Positions 56,501 through 64,000 of a stretch of 64,000 nt of DNA are shown here, piece after piece (within the stretch, counting starts at the first letter, position 1; each line of letters starts with the position of its first letter). This DNA is from Marispirochaeta sp. (GTDB taxonomy: Bacteria; Spirochaetota; Spirochaetia; JC444; Marispirochaetaceae), in the NCBI GenBank assembly GCA_963676835.2, contig CAXXFF010000002.1:416001-480000 (forward strand), given 5' to 3'. Both the position numbers and the translations under genes were made by a program. The notes under the pieces were generated by a model. It saw nothing but the letters and a program-made list of their open reading frames with translations. It did no database searches and had not been told where the DNA came from.

Positions 56501-57292
56501 CCCCGGGTGCTGATTCCTGTTTTCCCCGGAACCAACTGCGAGTATGATTCCGCCGAAGCTTTCCGCCGCGCAGGAGGTACCCCGGATATCAAGGTTCTGC
56601 GCAACCTTACCCCGGCAATGGTGGAGGATTCCATCCACCAGATGGCGGAAGGCCTCAAAAACAGCCAGATACTGATGATCCCCGGCGGCTTCAGCGCCGG
56701 AGACGAACCGGAAGGCTCCGGCAAGTTTATCGCCGCCTTCTTCAGCAACCCGGAACTCTCCGATGCCGTTGAGGAGTTCCTATCCCGGGACGGGCTCATA
56801 CTTGGAATCTGTAATGGATTTCAGGCGCTCATCAAACTGGGACTTCTGCCATGGGGGCACATTGCTCCCTTGAAGCCGGAAAGTCCGACATTGACCTTCA
56901 ATACCCTGAGCGCCCACGTAAGCCGCTTTGTTACAACCCGCATCGAGACCACCGCATCCCCCTGGCTACAGCATACCAGTGTCGGCGATACCCACTGGAT
57001 ACCCGTATCCCACGGAGAAGGACGCTTTGTTGCTGAGCCGGCCGTATTGAAGCAGCTTGAAGAAGCCGGACAGATTGCCGCCCGATATGTCGACGCTTCA
57101 GGCACCCCAACCATGGCAGGACCGGCAAACCCCAATGGCTCCATGAATGCAGTAGAAGCCCTGATAAGCCCCGACGGAAGAATCCTCGGCAAGATGGGGC
57201 ACTCCGAGAGATACCGGCCGGGACTGTTCAGGAACATCCCGGGAGACAAGGATCAGGGACTGTTCAGGTCGGGAGTGGAGTATTTCGGGTAA
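53552..57292 (+). CDS. purL: Phosphoribosylformylglycinamidine synthase (large fused form)
   Basis: WSDHCRH, ETHNHPT, GGAIRD, DFGAGG, GGKDSMS; GATase FPGTNC, GGFS.GD, GICNGFQ, MGHSER. Confidence 0.96.
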   Translation: MVRRVYVEKLSQYAHEAHHVLHDLRERMGISALKSVRLLHRYDVEGIEEKDFIRACETILAEAPVDRLSFDPPPAGSGIAIIAIEALPGQYDQRADSAAQAIQLMTHGAPPAVAAAGVWLFEGSLTAEDMQTIKSFLINPVEAREASLEIPASLDLDAPEPGVIPSIEGFISGDSSFLSTLRSEYGLAMSEADLALCQEYYRDTEKRNPTETEIRVLDTYWSDHCRHTTFLTRIEKVDFGTDRISKKIEESYKQYLTVKETYAAHKSICLMDLATIVMKQFRKEGKLDNLEVSEEINACSIRVEAEIDGKKEPWLIMFKNETHNHPTEIEPFGGAATCLGGAIRDPLSGRSYVYQAMRVTGSGDPRVPVSKTIAGKLPQRTISTVAARGYSSYGNQIGLATGKVHEIYHPGYVAKRMEIGAVVGAAPEDSVSRLEPAAGDLIVLIGGRTGRDGIGGATGSSKEHNLDSLAECGAEVQKGNPPTERKLQRLFRDREFAKKIKRCNDFGAGGVSVAVGELAPGLRINLDAVPRKYHGLNGTELAISESQERMAIVVEKEDLDYFICRSAEENLEATLIAEVTDDNRLVMEWKGTKIVDLSREFLDTNGAEQTTSAEITGTLSDKEPFTAGKGSADIKNEFLTRLSSLDSCGQEGLGQLFDSTIGAGSVLMPFGGKTQTSPADGMAALIPVEKGSTTTATLMSFGFDPRISSWSPYHGAVYAVLQSAARIAAMGGNFRDIRLTFQEYFERLGSDPAKWGKPLAALLGAFHAQEKMGIAAIGGKDSMSGTFEDLHVPPTLVSFAVAPVKASQVVSQELKKAGSSLVLLTVPRDADGLPDLNTAMDIYDAVHKAAFAGLILSAKTIGPGGLGVSLAEMAFGNSLGISLDGSWTSEELFSLSYGSLILELENDQISELKGLNAETIGTVTETAEIIGSGWSVSLKDALEAWRQPLGEIYPISAPANTEIVSVKAEKAGTPAARTAKIASPRVLIPVFPGTNCEYDSAEAFRRAGGTPDIKVLRNLTPAMVEDSIHQMAEGLKNSQILMIPGGFSAGDEPEGSGKFIAAFFSNPELSDAVEEFLSRDGLILGICNGFQALIKLGLLPWGHIAPLKPESPTLTFNTLSAHVSRFVTTRIETTASPWLQHTSVGDTHWIPVSHGEGRFVAEPAVLKQLEEAGQIAARYVDASGTPTMAGPANPNGSMNAVEALISPDGRILGKMGHSERYRPGLFRNIPGDKDQGLFRSGVEYFG

Positions 57293-57306
57293 AGAATAAG
57301 AGATGA

Positions 57307-57345
57307 AAAGACCCTGCATCAGGAGTCCTGTTGCAGGGTTTTTTT
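57307..57345 (+). terminator. Probable bidirectional terminator between purL and vapC
   Basis: AAAAG-ACCCTGCA-TCAGGAGTCCTGT-TGCAGGGT-TTTTTT. Confidence 0.75.
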
Positions 57346-57376
57346 ATATGTGTACCTGTCAAACATTTACAGATTG

Positions 57377-57775
57377 TCAGCAAGTCCAGTCTTCCAACAA
57401 TAAATCTTCAACGCGGCAGAATTCTCTTGTGTTATTTGTAACCAGTATCAGATTATTTGATAGTGCCTGGCCTGCCAGGAGCAAATCTATAGGTCCGATT
57501 TGCCTGCCGGCTTTTTTCAGAATAGCTTTCCATTTTCCATAAGCAATTGCATCCTTGTCAGTAAAGTTTAAAACAGTAAAAACAGATAGAAACTCAATAA
57601 GAGCCTGCCTGTTTTTGTTCGGATACAAACTTCCCTCGATCCCCGCTTCCATTTCGGCGATGGTCAGAGAAGAAACATACATCCCGTTATTAATATTTTT
57701 CTTAATCTTGTTTATTACTTTATCTGACCTTTTTCTAATCGCATAGATGCAAATATTTGTATCAAGTAAATACAT
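57377..57775 (-). CDS. vapC: VapC PIN-domain toxin
   Basis: MYLLDTNICIY, TIAE, IGPIDLLLAGQAL, LVTNNTREF. Start at 57775 overlaps the antitoxin end. Confidence 0.93.
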   Translation of the reverse strand: MYLLDTNICIYAIRKRSDKVINKIKKNINNGMYVSSLTIAEMEAGIEGSLYPNKNRQALIEFLSVFTVLNFTDKDAIAYGKWKAILKKAGRQIGPIDLLLAGQALSNNLILVTNNTREFCRVEDLLLEDWTC

Positions 57776-58004
57776 CAGAAAAATCCCGGTCCTGGGCAAT
57801 CCCCTGATCTCGTCCATCCTGCATAAAATCTTCGCTGAACGAACTGATGCCATGTAGAAATGTTTCCCAGATTTTATCTGCCGGGACAAGAATAACTATA
57901 TCGCCATGTTTCTGTACAATTACTTCTTTCCCGGAAAACTGGCACTCTTTCGGAAGCCTGACAGCCTGACTTCTCCCGTTCATAAACAGTTTTGCTCTGG
58001 TCAT
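57762..58004 (-). CDS. vapB: VapB antitoxin (AbrB/MazE fold)
   Basis: AKLFMNGRSQAVRLPKECQF; GGGGAGGA RBS. Confidence 0.93.
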   Translation of the reverse strand: MTRAKLFMNGRSQAVRLPKECQFSGKEVIVQKHGDIVILVPADKIWETFLHGISSFSEDFMQDGRDQGIAQDRDFSDVFT

Positions 58005-58097
58005 AAGATGTCCTCCCCTGAATAATATACCATGATACATCACAGATATCCAGCGGATTAGCATTCGAGCATAATTCCGTAATCATGCATTATGAGT

Positions 58098-58152
58098 ACT
58101 CCGAGGGTTACCGCCCGGGACTGTTTAAATCGGGTGTGGAGTATTTCGGGTA
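58098..58152 (+). repeat. Diverged duplicate of the purL 3' end
   Basis: 58117-58152 matches 57256-57291 at 32/36 nt; 58098-58125 matches 57201-57228. Confidence 0.85.
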
Positions 58153-58249
58153 TATTTTAGTGCAGTAAATCAGGGATATACCATCACTGAACGTCAGCCA
58201 AAGAGCCTGATTAATAATTCAAACGGGGTTTTCCATTTTTGGGACTTGC

Positions 58250-58314
58250 AAAAAATAAGCCCCCTGGGCTTTCACGTAACAGGAGGCTGAGCTGCCGGGG
58301 GCTATGCCCCTGAC
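58250..58314 (-). ncRNA. Candidate small RNA or structured leader (~65 nt)
   Basis: Upstream TTGACA-N18-TAAATT; stem AGCCCCC/GGGGGCT followed by a T-run; loop contains CCTCCT. Confidence 0.45.
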
Positions 58315-58621
58315 AAGTTAAATTTACGAAAGAAGTCGTAAACTTGTCAACGGTTGATCAGGAAGCTTTAATAACTGCTCAAATCCTTAGAAATGAATCC
58401 CCAATATTACTGAATTCTCTTATGTTTATTATAGTAACACCCATTACCGTAAAACAGGTTACGATAATTCATTCAAACAAAACTGGAGGGCTGCATTATT
58501 TACATAGCACCGGCGTTGTTCTGCACATTTCGCGCACATTCTGCGCGCAGGAGTGTTTATAATTCATTACAATATAATACTTTATTGATATTTCTTGCTG
58601 TTTTCATGTATAAAGTACTCC

Positions 58622-59719
58622 ATGAAAAAGACACTTCTTATCCTTTTTACAGCCCTTTGTTTTTCCGTGTCTATCTCTGCAGCACCGGATTCTGTATACG
58701 AATCCAACTATTACTATCTGTTTGAATATGCCCTGCTGCAGGGGCTTAGCCCCTTTGCCATCTCTGGGCAGAAACAGGCGGAATCGCGCATTACGGATCC
58801 TTCGTTTTCCATATTGATGTCCCAGTCATATGCCATGGGTTTTCTGCCGTCCTATATAGGCTTAAATATCCGGCTTATGGACAGTGATTCATACTCAATA
58901 TACGCCAATGGCTCAGGCTCTGTTCAGTTCCATGAGGACTATTTGGGTATGACAGGCGCCCTGGGAGGAGCAGTCGATTTCAAGGACTATGGAAAAATCA
59001 GCCTTGATTTTTCTACAATCACCCAATGGTTCGGCCCATATGGACCCGGGTATGAGGACTACGATGGGAAGCACTTCTTTACCTCTGCCCTGGAACTGTA
59101 CACCGGCAAATTCTTTGATTCACCCCTGGTCCCTTCGTCCATCGAAATCAAGGCAATTCATGGAGACCAGCTTATTGACGGATTTGTTTCATCCTTCATC
59201 TACAATACAGAGAATGTAGAGACTCCCTTTCTCTACTCCATAGGTCATTCCGGACGGCTGAATATGTTCTTCGGAGAGGTCTATTGCGTTAATCCCTTTG
59301 ATGAAAGATTTTCATTCAACCTCGGATATCTTTCTGATTCGCCTTTCATCAACAGCATCGGGGTTAACTACGACTTTATTACCGGCTACAACAGGAAGCA
59401 TGGAATAAAGCGGACTACTGAACAGGATAAAAAGGCAATTGTACGGCTGGAACTGGGGGTGGAATATAAAGCCTACACAGACTGGCAGCAGGATTATTAC
59501 GATGCCTCGGAGCACAGTTTTGCTGTAAACATTACCTTCCGCATGCTCGCTAACCTGGACGACAAGAGTTCAGGAACAAAAAATACCATGGGTACGGAAA
59601 TAAACGGTGGTTGGTTTACCAAACTCCTCTACGATACAATAACCGGATCCGATAATCCTGATATATCGAGAACTATCTCGATGTTCGCCATGTCGGGACA
59701 GGGTGAAGCAGAGGAGTAA
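58622..59719 (+). CDS. Hypothetical exported protein
   Basis: Signal peptide MKKTLL..SISA; aromatic/Gly-rich strands; no family recognised. Confidence 0.65.
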   Translation: MKKTLLILFTALCFSVSISAAPDSVYESNYYYLFEYALLQGLSPFAISGQKQAESRITDPSFSILMSQSYAMGFLPSYIGLNIRLMDSDSYSIYANGSGSVQFHEDYLGMTGALGGAVDFKDYGKISLDFSTITQWFGPYGPGYEDYDGKHFFTSALELYTGKFFDSPLVPSSIEIKAIHGDQLIDGFVSSFIYNTENVETPFLYSIGHSGRLNMFFGEVYCVNPFDERFSFNLGYLSDSPFINSIGVNYDFITGYNRKHGIKRTTEQDKKAIVRLELGVEYKAYTDWQQDYYDASEHSFAVNITFRMLANLDDKSSGTKNTMGTEINGGWFTKLLYDTITGSDNPDISRTISMFAMSGQGEAEE

Positions 59720-59791
59720 AACCTCTGCAGAAGGATATCCCGGGGCCGCAGCAGTGCGGCCCTTTTACAGCTTATTAACATTAGAACCTTT

Positions 59792-59845
59792 CAATTGGAC
59801 GACACCTAACTTGCAATTGGACGTTTACTTGTTTACAATTAGACG
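59792..59845 (+). repeat. Three direct repeats CAATT(G/A)GACG at 22-bp period
   Basis: Copies start at 59792, 59814 and 59836. Confidence 0.85.
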
Positions 59846-59901
59846 TAATAGAATGTATAAAACTCTCTCCGCGCTATATTCTTCCCCGTCTAATCGAGGC
59901 A

Positions 59902-61086
59902 ATGGAGGATTCTCCTGTAATCCTGATCCATGGCCCCCGTCAGTGCGGAAAAACAACTCTGGCGCGTCTTATTGGAGATTCTAAAGGCTACGACTATATT
60001 ACTTTTGATGATGATTTGCAGAAAGCCGCTGCCCAGGCTGATCCGATTGGATATATCGCCGATTTGCCTGACCGGGTAATCCTGGATGAAATACAGCGAG
60101 TTCCCGAACTATTTACATCTATAAAAGCCGCAGTTGATAAAGAAAAAAAAACCGGCCATTTCATATTAACCGGGTCCGCAAATGTGCTTCTATTTCCTAA
60201 ACTGGCCGATTCGCTCGCCGGGCGCATGGAAATACTCAGGCTCCACCCCCTTGCCCAAGTAGAGATCGCCAGGACAAATATCTTCTTTCTAAAGGAAATT
60301 TTCACCGGAACCTTCACGCCCACCACCGGAAGGCGCTTGGGGAAAGAACTTGCCGCAAAAATAACAACTGGTGGTTACCCTCCGGCAGTAACCAGGACTA
60401 CTTCCAAAAGACAGGCGACCTGGTACAGAAATTATATTGAAACCATAATTCAGAGGGATATACGGGATCTTGCACGAATAAGCTCTCTGGAGGTTTTACC
60501 CCGGCTGTTATCTCTGGCTGCAGGACAGACTTCCTGCCTGATAAATATATCCGAACTTGCAACGCCCTTTCAGTTGTCCCGCCCGACTATTAAAGAATAT
60601 ATTACTCTGCTCTCAGGTATATTTCTTTTAGAAGAACTACCTCCCTGGCACAACAACAGGATGAAGCGCCTGGTAAAAACACCAAAGCTGCATCTGGGCG
60701 ATACAGGACTGTCATGCGCTCTTCTTGGTCTCAACGCAAGCACACTTTGGAATGACCGCCCCTTGTTAGGCAGGATGCTTGAAACCTTTATCTTTCAGGA
60801 ATTACGGCGGCAGGCCTCTTGGGAGGAAGGATTATTCCGTTTCTTCCACTTCCGGGATAAAGATCAGGTGGAAGTTGATATTGTCATAGAATCAGAAGGA
60901 AAGATTGCCGGAGTAGAAATCAAATCCTCGTCAACAGTTCGCACAGAGGATTTTAAAGGACTTCGCAAACTGAAAGATAGTGTAAAGACACAATTTTCTG
61001 CAGGGGTTGTACTATACGATGGAGATGCAGTTGTCCGCTTTGGCGACAGACTGTATGCAGTTCCCCTTTCCCTTCTACTCGAATAA
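59902..61086 (+). CDS. AAA_14 ATPase with C-terminal DUF4143 (PD-(D/E)xK-like) domain
   Basis: GPRQCGKT, LDEIQ, LTGS, SLAGR, GGYP, KTPKLH..DTG, EVDIV..EIK. True start may be 59853 via a frameshift. Confidence 0.9.
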   Translation: MEDSPVILIHGPRQCGKTTLARLIGDSKGYDYITFDDDLQKAAAQADPIGYIADLPDRVILDEIQRVPELFTSIKAAVDKEKKTGHFILTGSANVLLFPKLADSLAGRMEILRLHPLAQVEIARTNIFFLKEIFTGTFTPTTGRRLGKELAAKITTGGYPPAVTRTTSKRQATWYRNYIETIIQRDIRDLARISSLEVLPRLLSLAAGQTSCLINISELATPFQLSRPTIKEYITLLSGIFLLEELPPWHNNRMKRLVKTPKLHLGDTGLSCALLGLNASTLWNDRPLLGRMLETFIFQELRRQASWEEGLFRFFHFRDKDQVEVDIVIESEGKIAGVEIKSSSTVRTEDFKGLRKLKDSVKTQFSAGVVLYDGDAVVRFGDRLYAVPLSLLLE

Positions 61087-61205
61087 CCTTGACTGATAGC
61101 CATACAGGCAATGAAATCAGGTAGATTTGCACAGGTGTAAATTTTTTATAATTACGCTAATTCTTTTAACAACAGAATATTTCTTTTTTATGCTAACTTA
61201 AATAC

Positions 61206-61790
61206 ATGGATGTACAAATCTACGGTCAGACAGAGCTGGAAGATCATATAAAAGCAGGAAACTCCGTCTGCTCCCACCTTATTTCCATAGGAAATCCGGG
61301 AAGGTTTGGGAAACACCAGCCGGATACCAGGTTGCCGGAAATTTTTAAAAAGACTTTTTCCGGGATTCTCAGACTTGAGTTCTTCGACGTCCTGAAAAAG
61401 GAACATCTCGGGAGCATGCGACCGAAAAGAGTCCCTCTCCGGAAAGATGTAAAGAAGGTTATAAGGTTCTACAACAGGACAAAAGAAACATCCACCGGCT
61501 ATGCTGTACATTGCTGGCGGGGAGTATCCCGATCCACCGCAATTGCCCTCGGCATACTTTACCTTATCCACGGCGATGAACAGAAGGCCATAGATGAACT
61601 GAAAAGGATTCGCCCCGAAGCGGGTCCTCATCCAGGACTGGTCAAATACTTTGATACACTGCTTGGCTGCGATCTCTCATCCAAAAACGATCAGCTGAGG
61701 GAAATCCGCAACCGGGAGATGAAAGAGTGGTTTATGAACGAAATCGAGGAAGGCGATGCCACCCTTGAAGAACTGGAACCGGTCGACTGA
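61206..61790 (+). CDS. Protein-tyrosine/dual-specificity phosphatase-like protein
   Basis: VHCWRGVSRS (CX5R motif), upstream F.D, downstream IRP.A.P. Confidence 0.85.
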   Translation: MDVQIYGQTELEDHIKAGNSVCSHLISIGNPGRFGKHQPDTRLPEIFKKTFSGILRLEFFDVLKKEHLGSMRPKRVPLRKDVKKVIRFYNRTKETSTGYAVHCWRGVSRSTAIALGILYLIHGDEQKAIDELKRIRPEAGPHPGLVKYFDTLLGCDLSSKNDQLREIRNREMKEWFMNEIEEGDATLEELEPVD

Positions 61791-61805
61791 AGAACAGCGG
61801 ACTGC

Positions 61806-61834
61806 AAAAAAATACCCGCCTTTCGCAGGCGGGA
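61806..61834 (-). terminator. Terminator between the convergent phosphatase and URO-D-family genes
   Basis: CCCGCCT-TTCGC-AGGCGGG, with A7 on + (T7 on -). Confidence 0.7.
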
Positions 61835-61864
61835 TCTCCACACTTTCCTTACTTCTTTAAATAC

Positions 61865-62644
61865 TCAGTTATATCCGCCCAACTCTTTACCGAACTGATA
61901 GAAGGCTTCAATATTTTCAACACTGGTATCCGCCTGAATATAGTGGGCCGGTGCCAGAATATAGCCGCCATCCTTGCCGCAGCCATCCACAAGCCGCTTT
62001 GTTTCATTGTAGATCTCATCTTTTGAGCCGAAAGGCAGCAGCTGCTGAATATCCATACCCCCGAAAAGAGTCAGATTCTTCCCGTGCCGCTTTTTTATCT
62101 CCACAGGATCCATTGCCAGAGGCTGAACAGAGTGGAGAATATCCAGACCGATTTCGGCCATGTCATCCAGAATCGTCTCGCAGTTGCCGCAGCAGTGGTA
62201 GGCTACCACAATATCTTTGCGGGTATTTTTAAACTCTTCTATCAGCCGGGCATAACGGGGCTTGAAAAAGCGCCGCCACATATCCAGAGACATCATCATG
62301 CCCCGCTGGGTGGAGACATCATCCCCCAGCCATATCATATCCACCCCGAGTTCGGTCATCTTCTTTCCCGCCTGCAGGGGAAACTGCATCACTTTATCCA
62401 GCAGGGCATCCACGAAATCTTCGTTAAGGGCCATGTCCATCATCAGAGTCTCGAGTCCCCGGAGGGCCCAGGATGATTCGAACATACTCATCTGGCAGGA
62501 GCCGGCAATCCACTTGTCTTTACCATACTGCTCAATAATCTTGCGGGCGTGATCGTACTGGCTCTCTGCAAGAGGATCGGGAATCCGGTAGGAATCCAGC
62601 TTGCTCTCATCCCCCGCCAGCGGATGGGTTACAATCTCCATATA
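61865..62644 (-). pseudogene. 3' part of a uroporphyrinogen-decarboxylase-family (URO-D/MtaA-like) gene interrupted by IS21
   Basis: HPL..Y..PDP, LRGLE, GDD, HCCG, GGMD.Q, GGYILAPAH. The N-terminus is replaced by IS end sequence at 62645. Confidence 0.85.
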
Positions 62645-64000
62645 TGTGTACACCGGCCGAAAACGGACACCCATTCCGGAGGAAAGCGGACAGTGATTCC
62701 GGGCAAAAACGGACACCTGTTCCGGCCGAAAACGGACAGTTTTTCCGGAGCGCCGGAATTGCTTTAACCTGAAATAAGAAATCCTCGATTAACACGAGCA
62801 CTCTCGTCACAATAGCAAAACTACTATTTGACGGAGTACAGAATGTCGAGAGCGAGGATTCATGTGAAACACATGCGTAAACTGCTTGCGCTCACGTACG
62901 AGAGCAAGCTGGGACTTCGGGATGTATCCCAACTGACCGGAGTATCTAAAACCACAGTCAGCGAATATCTGGTGCGATTCCGCCGCACCGGGATCAGCTA
63001 TGCAGCAAGCCAAAAGCTTACCGATGAGCAGCTGCTTGGCCTGTTCGAAGAGAAAAAGCAGGAAGAAAGTGAGCAGTATACACAACTAACGACACTGTTC
63101 CCCGAGTACGCCAAACGGCTGAAACAGCGGGGGATGACGAAGCAGTTCCTATGGAAGGAATACCGTAGAAAGTATCCAAACGGATATAGATACAGTCAGT
63201 TCTGTCACCACTTTACGGTGTTTCTGGACTCCGGTGAGGTGACGATGCGTCAGCCCCACGAGCCTGGAGATATGGCATATCTCGACTATGCCGGAGAAAC
63301 GTTCCCTTACTATCCTGATGGAGATGAGCAGCGGGCACAAATATTCGTTGCGGTACTCGGAGCAAGTCAGCTGGCCTATGTTGAAGCAAGTGAGAGCCAG
63401 AAACAAGAGGCCTTTGTCCGCTCCACAGAACGGGCTTTGAGGTACTTCGGCGGGGTTCCGCGAGCTCTCGTCCCGGATAACCTGAAGGCGGCCGTGCTCA
63501 GTGCGAGTAAATATGAGCCGGAGCTTAATCCGTTGTTCGATGATTTTGCCGATTACTACCGGACGACGATAATCCCCGCCAGGGCCTATAAACCGAAAGA
63601 CAAATCCCTGGCGGAGAATGCCGTCAAGTTAACCTATCAGCGGATATTCGCCCCGCTGTACGGCAAGAGGTTCCATTCGTTGGCTGAGCTCAACCAGGCC
63701 ATCGCAGAACTTCTTGAAGAACACAATACCCGGAAACTGACAAAGCTGCAAATCTCACGGCGTCAGTTGTTTGAAGAGATCGAACGGTCTGCGCTGAAGA
63801 CGCTGCCGGGCGAACCGTATCCAATGAAATACTTCGAAACTCACAAGGTTGCACCGGACTATCACTTTATTCTGTCAAAAGATAAGCACTACTACTCTGT
63901 TCCCTGGCAGCTGAAGGGAGAACAGGTCAAAGTGATCTTTGATGAGCGAATTATAGCGGTATATCACAAGAATGTACGCGTAGCCCAGCACCGCCGGAGC
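62645..64000 (+). mobile_element. IS21-family insertion sequence (left end plus istA; truncated by the window edge)
   Basis: Starts TGTGTACACCGG (end position +/-2 nt); four 23-bp-period repeats with CGGACA cores at 62664, 62687, 62710 and 62733; istA follows. Confidence 0.92.
62843..64000 (+). CDS. istA: IS21-family transposase IstA (partial; absent from the supplied ORF track)
   Basis: Hand-translated MSRARIHVKHMRKLL.. with HTH, LWKEY..GYRYSQFC, H.PGD...DYAG, FGGVP...VPDNLK, PAR..KPKDK..E. Confidence 0.93.
   Translation, partial: MSRARIHVKHMRKLLALTYESKLGLRDVSQLTGVSKTTVSEYLVRFRRTGISYAASQKLTDEQLLGLFEEKKQEESEQYTQLTTLFPEYAKRLKQRGMTKQFLWKEYRRKYPNGYRYSQFCHHFTVFLDSGEVTMRQPHEPGDMAYLDYAGETFPYYPDGDEQRAQIFVAVLGASQLAYVEASESQKQEAFVRSTERALRYFGGVPRALVPDNLKAAVLSASKYEPELNPLFDDFADYYRTTIIPARAYKPKDKSLAENAVKLTYQRIFAPLYGKRFHSLAELNQAIAELLEEHNTRKLTKLQISRRQLFEEIERSALKTLPGEPYPMKYFETHKVAPDYHFILSKDKHYYSVPWQLKGEQVKVIFDERIIAVYHKNVRVAQHRRS

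Noticed and set aside
58344..58620. Small ORFs or a DGR template repeat in the AT-rich intergenic region
   Set aside because: No convincing start or RBS, no similarity to the CLec gene 3' ends, and no reverse transcriptase in the window.
62645..62716. N-terminal extension (MSVFARNH...) of ORF 61865..62716
   Set aside because: It is read through the IS21 end and is not part of the URO-D-family protein.
62653..62739. 23-bp-period repeats as CRISPR or iterons
   Set aside because: These are the multiple terminal repeats typical of IS21-family ends, directly before istA.
1..64000. tRNA, rRNA, tmRNA, SRP RNA or known riboswitch
   Set aside because: None recognised by eye in the intergenic regions; an Infernal/tRNAscan run is needed to exclude them formally.

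Overview
Bacterial chromosomal window, probably from a free-living Spirochaetota member. This is inferred from the long Borrelia-type thymidine kinase, the BMP lipoprotein, and several spirochaete-style lipoboxes; no database check was possible. About 55 CDSs are present. Housekeeping genes: pheS/pheT, pth, tdk, purL, cdd, tag, htrA-like, hsp20. Also present: a nucleoside ABC operon, a phosphate-related block (alkaline phosphatase, YibE/F, PHP-glycosyltransferase fusion), a trehalose synthase/phosphatase fusion, an RDD-SpoIIM-DUF4129-DUF4350-MoxR-DUF58 operon, and three CLec-fold surface lipoproteins. Mobile or accessory material: a RAYT-like Y1 transposase with an internal REP-like palindrome and an 18-bp tandem array, vapBC bracketed by a duplicated purL 3' end, an AAA_14/DUF4143 ATPase, and an IS21-family element interrupting a URO-D-family gene at the right edge. 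No rRNA, tRNA, CRISPR array or reverse transcriptase was seen. The strongest unannotated signals are: (1) a complete Phe-rich leader-peptide attenuator upstream of pheST; (2) a candidate ~65-nt anti-SD sRNA with its own promoter, operator and terminator; (3) a sigma54 promoter with a palindromic enhancer for hsp20; (4) 11-bp-phased boxes before the PHP-GT4 fusion; (5) 22-bp-phased repeats before the AAA gene; (6) two single-base frameshifts. All product calls come from motif recognition by eye.
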